DNA of 22,446 nt, taken from NCBI GenBank assembly GCA_051747585.1, contig JBNJGH010000036.1, positions 1-22,446 of the forward strand. The letters run 5' to 3'. Below, one piece after another: positions 17,113 to 22,446 of the stretch. The stretch is from Candidatus Rifleibacteriota bacterium. GTDB taxonomy: Bacteria > Muiribacteriota > Ozemobacteria > Ozemobacterales > Ozemobacteraceae. Under the pieces are notes generated by a model. The model was given only the letters and a program-made list of their open reading frames with translations, did no database searches and was not told where the DNA came from. How positions within the stretch are numbered: the stretch's first letter is position 1; the number at the start of each line of letters is the position of its first letter. The translations under genes were made by a program, and so were the position numbers.

Positions 17113-17588
17113 AATTTCCTCCTGATTTGATTATTTTGTTTTAAGCCTAGTTTTTTAGATAATGAACCCAACAATTTGAGTTCATCATCGTTAAAGACAC
17201 TCAATCTCTGGCAGATTAACTCAACATGACCAGGAAGTATTTTTCGAACGAGTTGCTTACCTGCGTCAGTCAAACTTACGGAATAAAAACGCCGGTCTTT
17301 TTTATTCCTGATTTTGTTTATTAATCCACGTTTCCTTAGATTCTCGATAACCATGGTAATATTGCCGCCACTTTTAAGCAATTTAGCGGCAATATCTTTT
17401 TGAGACATTGAACCAAGATGATATAAAGCCTCTAGAACCCCGAACTGAGATTCGGTCAGATTATTGGCAAATATGGTTTTGTTAACATAAGAGTTAATGG
17501 CATTGTATGCTCTTGAAAATTTGATAAAGGTATCCAGCACCAATTTTTCTTTTTCTGTTCCAACAAAATGTGTATTCATAAGCGTCAT
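17109..17588 (-). CDS. MarR family regulator, MhqR-like (start more likely ATG at 17579)
   Basis: FSRAY...LTESQFGVLEALYHLG...SGGNITMVIENL.K.GLI...DRR...VSLTDAG...ILPGH resembles Bacillus MhqR. The AGGT RBS is 10 nt from the ATG at 17579 but only 1 nt from the ATG at 17588. Confidence 0.9.
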   Translation of the reverse strand: MTLMNTHFVGTEKEKLVLDTFIKFSRAYNAINSYVNKTIFANNLTESQFGVLEALYHLGSMSQKDIAAKLLKSGGNITMVIENLRKRGLINKIRNKKDRRFYSVSLTDAGKQLVRKILPGHVELICQRLSVFNDDELKLLGSLSKKLGLKQNNQIRRKL

Positions 17589-17595
17589 GACCTAT

Positions 17596-17635
17596 TAGTT
17601 TAAGATTAAAGTATTTAACCTGAAGATTTTGTCAA
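17596..17635 (-). promoter_or_regulatory. Sigma70 promoter (TTGACA-N16-TACTTT) overlapped by a MarR-type palindrome TACTTTAA-tc-TTAAACTA
   Basis: Minus strand TTGACA 17635-17630 and TACTTT 17613-17608. The inverted repeat at 17596-17613 pairs at 7 of 8 arm positions. Confidence 0.7.
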
Positions 17636-17641
17636 AAAAAA

Positions 17642-17676
17642 TGCAACCTTTTCTTTGAATTTTTCGTAGCTGATTT
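17642..17676 (+). promoter_or_regulatory. Putative ECF sigma factor promoter, copy 1 (TGCAAC-N17-CGTA)
   Basis: TGCAACCTTTTCTTTGAATTTTTCGTAGCTGATTT. A near-identical motif with the same spacing occurs at 21333. Confidence 0.65.
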
Positions 17677-17716
17677 GTGTTAAAATAATTGTAGAAATTG
17701 TTCAGGGTGATACAAT

Positions 17717-20164
17717 TTGCAGTATTTATCGTGGTTAAGCAACAGAAAACGGCATCGTAGCGGATTTTTACTGGGAGTGGTTCTTATGATTTCCATTCTC
17801 ATGGCCGTTTTTATCTTTTCCTTTAACAGCATAGTCAGGCAAAGAAATATTCAAGCTCACCACCTCATGATTTCAGAGACCGCCGGCTATCTTGCATTAT
17901 CCGGTTTACGAATGTTGAGCGACAAACTCGGTAACTCATACGAAACAACTTTAAAAACGGCTTGTCCCCAATTATTTACTGAAACCGCCGACGATATAGG
18001 CGGAGATATAAATCTTTCAAGCTCTAACCCGGTTTGCACACAAGCCCGCAATGACTTTCAGAACTTTCTTAACGAACTTGACCAGTTAAAAGCTGCTTCG
18101 GTCGATGACTCATATCCGGTTTGCAATTCAATGAGCATAGTTCTCGAAGACATTCAAGGTCTAACTCCCGATACTACCAATGCCCAGTTTCAAGCGGGCA
18201 GAGATCCGGTAGAAAAGTGCGGCAAACTGGTTATAAAATGTGAAGTTGAATATAACGGGCTTACAAGAGAAGCAATTCTGTCGAAACAATTCAGGGTAGT
18301 AAGCATGATACCCGGCGCTTTTAACAGGTTTTCACTTTTTGTCAAAAGAACTCCCTACCCCGATTCCTACAACTGCATGGGAATCAAGTTTGACGGAAGC
18401 ATTGACAGTTCTTACTCTCACCTGCCGGCTGACCACAAAACCTACACCGGCCCGCTTACTATATTCAACGGTACGGATTCAGCAAACGTAACCTCGAGTA
18501 TTCCCGAACGAACTTCAACCGAAGATAAAGAACACCTGCGCAATCGAGGCTGGATTTTTATTGGGCCGGCAGGGGCTACAGGCAACGAATCTGTTTTTCT
18601 AAAAGTTCCTTCGGGTTTTGACCCACTAACCGGCGGGCACTTCATGATGGGCTGGCCCTCAGTTTCAGCAATGCCGGTTCTTGCACCGGAAATAGTAACC
18701 GACAGCACAAACTTTGCACCCGACTCAGATTTTGCTGATTATAATTATAACCTTGGCGCAAAATACCAGGGCTTTTATACCTGGGAAACCGGAAATCCCT
18801 TTGGCGCGGGTGGTAAAAATCTCTGGCCAGGCCTCACTTCCGGAGACACCTTTCAGCCTTCAGACCATCTCATGTCCGCTTCGAGCTGGCTTTATCCATT
18901 CGGCAACCAATCCCAAGAATCTAGAACCCTCATTATTGGACCGGTTCTTGCTGGTTTCTTAAAATACTATTTTATCAGAGGCATAAATACTACCAGCAGT
19001 GCGCCCTTTAAGGGTCTATGGGGCGAGCTGTCAGAAACCGATTTCAATACAAGAGTTACAAATAACGAAAGTCTGCAAAGCTTTACTTCTCTCTGGGCAG
19101 GCTCACTAAACCCACCAATAGAGGGAGGAAATTTGTTTAGAAACGGTTTCGACAGCTTCAAAACCATTATGCCTTACAACAGTCTTCCTGACCCATCTCC
19201 ACCAACCCCTACCAACGGGATTGCATTTAATTTGCTCTTTGATTTTATGAAATACCAGCGCTCCGCTTATCCAAACCTTAACGATGCCCCCTCTACAGCA
19301 GCAGTTGCGTATGATGCAGAAAGTTTTCTGGTTCCCCAGGCACAGGAAATGAGGAGCTCTACAGTGCCTGGCATGCATCCATTTAATTTTACCGGAATAT
19401 ACTTTGAAGAAAACGGGCAATATGACCCAAACGCATTTCCTGACAACTGTTATTTTTACGGCGATTTAAGTGCATTGAGCGTATTTGACTCAAACCTTTT
19501 CTCGAATCGCATAACCCACACCCTTGATTTAAAAGACTGCAGCAGCACAGCAGAAGAATCAGAAGTCGTTGAAAAATATCTTTTTAAAGATACCGGCTCT
19601 GTAAATGAAACTGACAAAGCCGGAATTGTTCTTATCAAGCGCCGCAGTGGTGTTGGCAACAACTTTACCGACTCCCTGGTAATCTCATCTAAAAAGGTGA
19701 GTCTAATTAAGCCACAAATAGTAATTATAGATAAAGGCAGCCTTACAATCAAACATGATATTACCGCGAATATGGACGGCGGTGCACCCGATTGTCTGTT
19801 TTCAATCGCGCTGATTAATGGCAACTTTTTTATCGACGGCTCGGGTTATTCGCGAACTGTGCATGGTTCGTTAATTTCGCTAAATGATAACGCAGGACGA
19901 CTTTTAAGGCCTGTCAGTGTTTCGACAAGTGCCCCCAAACATTTTGAAATACATGGCACACTTGCTCTTACTGAGATCGGTTTGTATTCAAGTACAATGT
20001 CTGACCCCCTTAATCATCTGGGCTCAACCATGCTTAATTTTACCGATGGGGGCGAAATTCATTACAACCCTCGCTTCAACCCATCATCCCCATCTTACAA
20101 AGACTCGAGGATTTTTACTATTGAAGATACTTCAGGCCATTTTGAAATTAGAGGTGGCTCATAA
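17717..20164 (+). CDS. Large PilX/GspK-like minor (pseudo)pilin, 815 aa
   Basis: Class III signal RKRHRSG|FLLGVVLMISIL lacks Glu+5, as in PilX/GspK. TTG start with AGGGTGA RBS. The C-terminal short beta-strand repeats end in GGEIHYNPRF. Confidence 0.7.
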   Translation: MQYLSWLSNRKRHRSGFLLGVVLMISILMAVFIFSFNSIVRQRNIQAHHLMISETAGYLALSGLRMLSDKLGNSYETTLKTACPQLFTETADDIGGDINLSSSNPVCTQARNDFQNFLNELDQLKAASVDDSYPVCNSMSIVLEDIQGLTPDTTNAQFQAGRDPVEKCGKLVIKCEVEYNGLTREAILSKQFRVVSMIPGAFNRFSLFVKRTPYPDSYNCMGIKFDGSIDSSYSHLPADHKTYTGPLTIFNGTDSANVTSSIPERTSTEDKEHLRNRGWIFIGPAGATGNESVFLKVPSGFDPLTGGHFMMGWPSVSAMPVLAPEIVTDSTNFAPDSDFADYNYNLGAKYQGFYTWETGNPFGAGGKNLWPGLTSGDTFQPSDHLMSASSWLYPFGNQSQESRTLIIGPVLAGFLKYYFIRGINTTSSAPFKGLWGELSETDFNTRVTNNESLQSFTSLWAGSLNPPIEGGNLFRNGFDSFKTIMPYNSLPDPSPPTPTNGIAFNLLFDFMKYQRSAYPNLNDAPSTAAVAYDAESFLVPQAQEMRSSTVPGMHPFNFTGIYFEENGQYDPNAFPDNCYFYGDLSALSVFDSNLFSNRITHTLDLKDCSSTAEESEVVEKYLFKDTGSVNETDKAGIVLIKRRSGVGNNFTDSLVISSKKVSLIKPQIVIIDKGSLTIKHDITANMDGGAPDCLFSIALINGNFFIDGSGYSRTVHGSLISLNDNAGRLLRPVSVSTSAPKHFEIHGTLALTEIGLYSSTMSDPLNHLGSTMLNFTDGGEIHYNPRFNPSSPSYKDSRIFTIEDTSGHFEIRGGS

Positions 20165-20706
20165 TGAACAAAAGCGGTCTTTCAATGGTAGAAATAATGG
20201 TTGCGGTTGTAATTATTGCTTTAGCTACCGGCCCACTTATCGCAGTTTTAAGTTCTTCGAACCGTATGAGTAACGCCTCTATTTATGAAGAGATGGCTGT
20301 TCACTATGGCCGCGAAATTTCTGACCAACTTTTGAGGTTGAGTCCAATGCTAGAAAACGTTGTAATAGATGCAAGAACTCTTACCGGAGATTCTTCAATA
20401 AACCTTGGTAATATTCTAAATGATTCTGACTTTTGCGCAGCGATGGAAGCACAAAACCCGGCTTTAAAAGCGATACCTTTCAAAGTAAATGGGGTCGCAT
20501 TACCTTTAAGGTTAGTCTTATCTCCCCTCGACCCTGCATTTACCCGCCGCAGAATTCAGGCCGAAAGGCTCGACACCAGCAGCAACTCACTACTTAACTC
20601 TGCAAACTACTGGAAAGTTAATATCGAACTGGCGTGGGTTGATAAAAATTCGGGTCGAGATGCACCAAGAAAAGTGTCGATGTCTATTATTGTAAAAGAG
20701 GATTAA
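20164..20706 (+). CDS. Type IV prepilin-like protein (PilV/GspI-like)
   Basis: MNKSG|LSMVEIMVAVVIIALA with Glu+5. C-terminal WKVNIELAW strand. TAATG stop/start overlap with the upstream gene. Confidence 0.82.
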   Translation: MNKSGLSMVEIMVAVVIIALATGPLIAVLSSSNRMSNASIYEEMAVHYGREISDQLLRLSPMLENVVIDARTLTGDSSINLGNILNDSDFCAAMEAQNPALKAIPFKVNGVALPLRLVLSPLDPAFTRRRIQAERLDTSSNSLLNSANYWKVNIELAWVDKNSGRDAPRKVSMSIIVKED

Positions 20707-20710
20707 ACTA

Positions 20711-21325
20711 ATGAGCTTGAGCAACCTGAAGCCAAAAGGCTTTACCATGGTTGAAACCATGATAGTTACAATTATTGCCTGCAGCCTGATGATAGCTATT
20801 CATGCATTCTTTTCCCATGCAGTAAGAAGCACAATGAAAGGTCAGGACAACCTTGATTCGATAAGAGCGGCAAGTCAAATCTTCTCAAGCCTGCGCAAAG
20901 ATTTACTTCAATTCAATACCCTAAGTACTGATGGGGCAATTACTACTGTGGCACTCGGCAATCAAGATTTGCCCGGCACAGCCACCTGCTCATCCATTAT
21001 TGAGCTCAGACGCCCGAAAGAAACCATAACCTATTCGTTGATAGATGATTCCGGCAAAAAATTCGTTGAACGCATCTCACAAGATTTAACCACCGGAGAT
21101 ACAAACCAAAAGCTCTTTGGCGTTCCCCGCATGAAGGAATTCAAAATTATGTATATAACAACCCCAAACCAGATAAACTCTATAACCAGAAATGTCGGGC
21201 AAATCATGGTAAACCTGGTAATCGATTCTGATGATAAAAGATTTGCAAGCAAAGAAATAAACCTGACTTCAGTATTCTTTTCTGAAAAGCTTACCGACAG
21301 CGACTGGAATTTTTTAAGTTTTTAA
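20711..21325 (+). CDS. Type IV prepilin-like protein (PilW/GspJ-like)
   Basis: KPKG|FTMVETMIVTIIACSLMIAI with Glu+5. SLRKDL alpha1 motif, then ITYSL and beta-rich head. Starts 4 bp after the previous stop. Confidence 0.82.
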   Translation: MSLSNLKPKGFTMVETMIVTIIACSLMIAIHAFFSHAVRSTMKGQDNLDSIRAASQIFSSLRKDLLQFNTLSTDGAITTVALGNQDLPGTATCSSIIELRRPKETITYSLIDDSGKKFVERISQDLTTGDTNQKLFGVPRMKEFKIMYITTPNQINSITRNVGQIMVNLVIDSDDKRFASKEINLTSVFFSEKLTDSDWNFLSF

Positions 21326-21332
21326 ATTTTTC

Positions 21333-21366
21333 TGCAACCTTTTTTGAAAATTTTTCATAATGATTT
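21333..21366 (+). promoter_or_regulatory. Putative ECF sigma factor promoter, copy 2 (TGCAAC-N17-CATA)
   Basis: TGCAACCTTTTTTGAAAATTTTTCATAATGATTT aligns with 17642-17676. GAGGT RBS at 21382-21386. Confidence 0.6.
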
Positions 21367-21391
21367 ATAGAAACAAAAAGTGAGGTAAACA

Positions 21392-22213
21392 ATGAGACGT
21401 TTTGTTTCAAAATTTATTTTCTTCTACTTATTTATTGCAACATTCGCAATGATAACAGCAAACTCAACCTTGTCTGCTCAAATAACTGACCCTCAGGATC
21501 CAGAAACGCCGGTTGCAACTGAAGCTGAAAAGCTTGGCTCTGCACAGGTCACAGACGAACCAGAACCAACTGATGGTTTTACCCAAACAGACGATACTCG
21601 AAGCCTGCAAGACAAAATAAAGCTTTACAATTCTGAATTTTGTCCGCCACAAACCCCAATAACACAAATAAATAGAAACGCCCTTATCATGCTGGTCGAA
21701 TTTCAACTACTTGACAGAACGGAATTAGATAAATTCGATGACATGGTCATGATCAATGAGGAAGTTTACGAAAAGAAGGACACACCCCAGGACACCGTAG
21801 ACCCGCCCAGACAAGACTTCGAGCCTACAGATAACAATTTAGACGGATCATTTGAACAATCCTGCATCGAAGTAGAAAACGAAAAAACTCGTGGTATCGG
21901 AAAAGGCAACCAGGACCCAGAAAGAAACATAAGCCTGAGACAAAAGACAATTACCTACCGAGATAAAAAAAATCAGCTGCAACGTATGATTATATATTTT
22001 CCCCCGGTTTATCCGGTTAAAAACAAACCAATTGAAGGTAAAGCCGGTGAAACCATCAAAGACTACGCAACCTCTGTTTTGGTACCCAAAGATGGCGATG
22101 TTTCCAACGATCAAAACGACAAGTTCGAAAATATGCCTTCAAGTACCGGACTGGTTGAACAACCAGGGACAGGGGGCGGAACACCAGAACCCGGAACTAA
22201 CCCCCAACAATAA
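21392..22213 (+). CDS. Hypothetical secreted acidic, Pro/Thr-rich protein
   Basis: Signal peptide (…STLSA-Q). Low-complexity D/E/P/T termini, two Cys, good RBS. No family recognised. Confidence 0.75.
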   Translation: MRRFVSKFIFFYLFIATFAMITANSTLSAQITDPQDPETPVATEAEKLGSAQVTDEPEPTDGFTQTDDTRSLQDKIKLYNSEFCPPQTPITQINRNALIMLVEFQLLDRTELDKFDDMVMINEEVYEKKDTPQDTVDPPRQDFEPTDNNLDGSFEQSCIEVENEKTRGIGKGNQDPERNISLRQKTITYRDKKNQLQRMIIYFPPVYPVKNKPIEGKAGETIKDYATSVLVPKDGDVSNDQNDKFENMPSSTGLVEQPGTGGGTPEPGTNPQQ

Positions 22214-22261
22214 CCGTCTTTATTTTAAGTTTTTAAATATTATTTTTCAGGAGGAGTTTTT

Positions 22262-22446
22262 ATGAGAAAAGTTCTAGCAGGTTTATTACTAACGCTGATC
22301 ATCCTGCCAATGAGCGGCTTAGCACAAGGCGACAGCAATTATCAGACCCCTGGCACAGGAGTTATTTCCACACCAGGGACTTCGACCATGAATGCCGAAG
22401 ACAGAAAAGTTTACAATTACATTCAAGATGTAAGGCAAACTGTTCA
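22262..22446 (+). CDS. 5' part of a hypothetical secreted protein, truncated by the window end and absent from the ORF track
   Basis: AGGAGGAG RBS at 22249-22256, ATG at 22262, open to the end: MRKVLAGLLLTLIILPMSGLA-QGDSNYQTPGTGVISTPGTSTMNAEDRKVYNYIQDVRQTV, with a clear signal peptide. Confidence 0.85.
   Translation, partial: MRKVLAGLLLTLIILPMSGLAQGDSNYQTPGTGVISTPGTSTMNAEDRKVYNYIQDVRQTV

Noticed and set aside
16041..22265. Small ORFs overlapping the pilin-fusion, pilin and secreted genes, including 19917-20273 and 22032-22265
   Set aside because: They overlap better-supported genes that have signal or prepilin motifs. The real downstream gene starts at 22262 with a strong RBS.
1..22446. CRISPR arrays, tRNA/rRNA, IS elements, integrases, prophage or anti-phage defence genes
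   Set aside because: No spaced repeats, RNA gene signatures, transposase, recombinase, nuclease or NTPase motifs were seen. Intergenic regions are all short (150 bp or less).

Overview
Gene-dense, moderately AT-rich bacterial chromosomal window from a probably diderm organism. The large TPR/HEAT proteins, the 'C..N...IEMYN.D...C..GG.Y...C.KHG' pilin-like domain and the oversized minor pilin recall Candidatus Riflebacteria, but this is recollection-based inference, not verified. Left to right: an OPT-family oligopeptide transporter with an unusual ~140-aa soluble insertion; a bidirectional terminator; a minus-strand pair encoding a 1926-aa exported TPR protein and a HEAT-repeat protein; a divergent small winged-helix regulator plus OFA-family MFS transporter, preceded by three operator-like palindromes at 14-bp spacing; a minus-strand pair encoding a 1014-aa secreted HExxH metalloprotease with a C-terminal YPNP/FlgD-Ig (T9SS-CTD-like) domain and a TPR lipoprotein, preceded by a near-consensus sigma28 promoter; an exported protein fused to a C-terminal pilin-like domain; a second bidirectional terminator; an MhqR-like MarR regulator with azoR; and a cluster of three type IV prepilin-like genes (815-aa PilX-like, PilV-like, PilW-like) followed by two secreted proteins, the last missing from the ORF track and truncated by the window end. 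The same ECF-sigma-like promoter motif (TGCAAC-N17-CRTA) precedes the pilin cluster and the downstream secreted gene. No rRNA, tRNA, CRISPR array or mobile element was seen.
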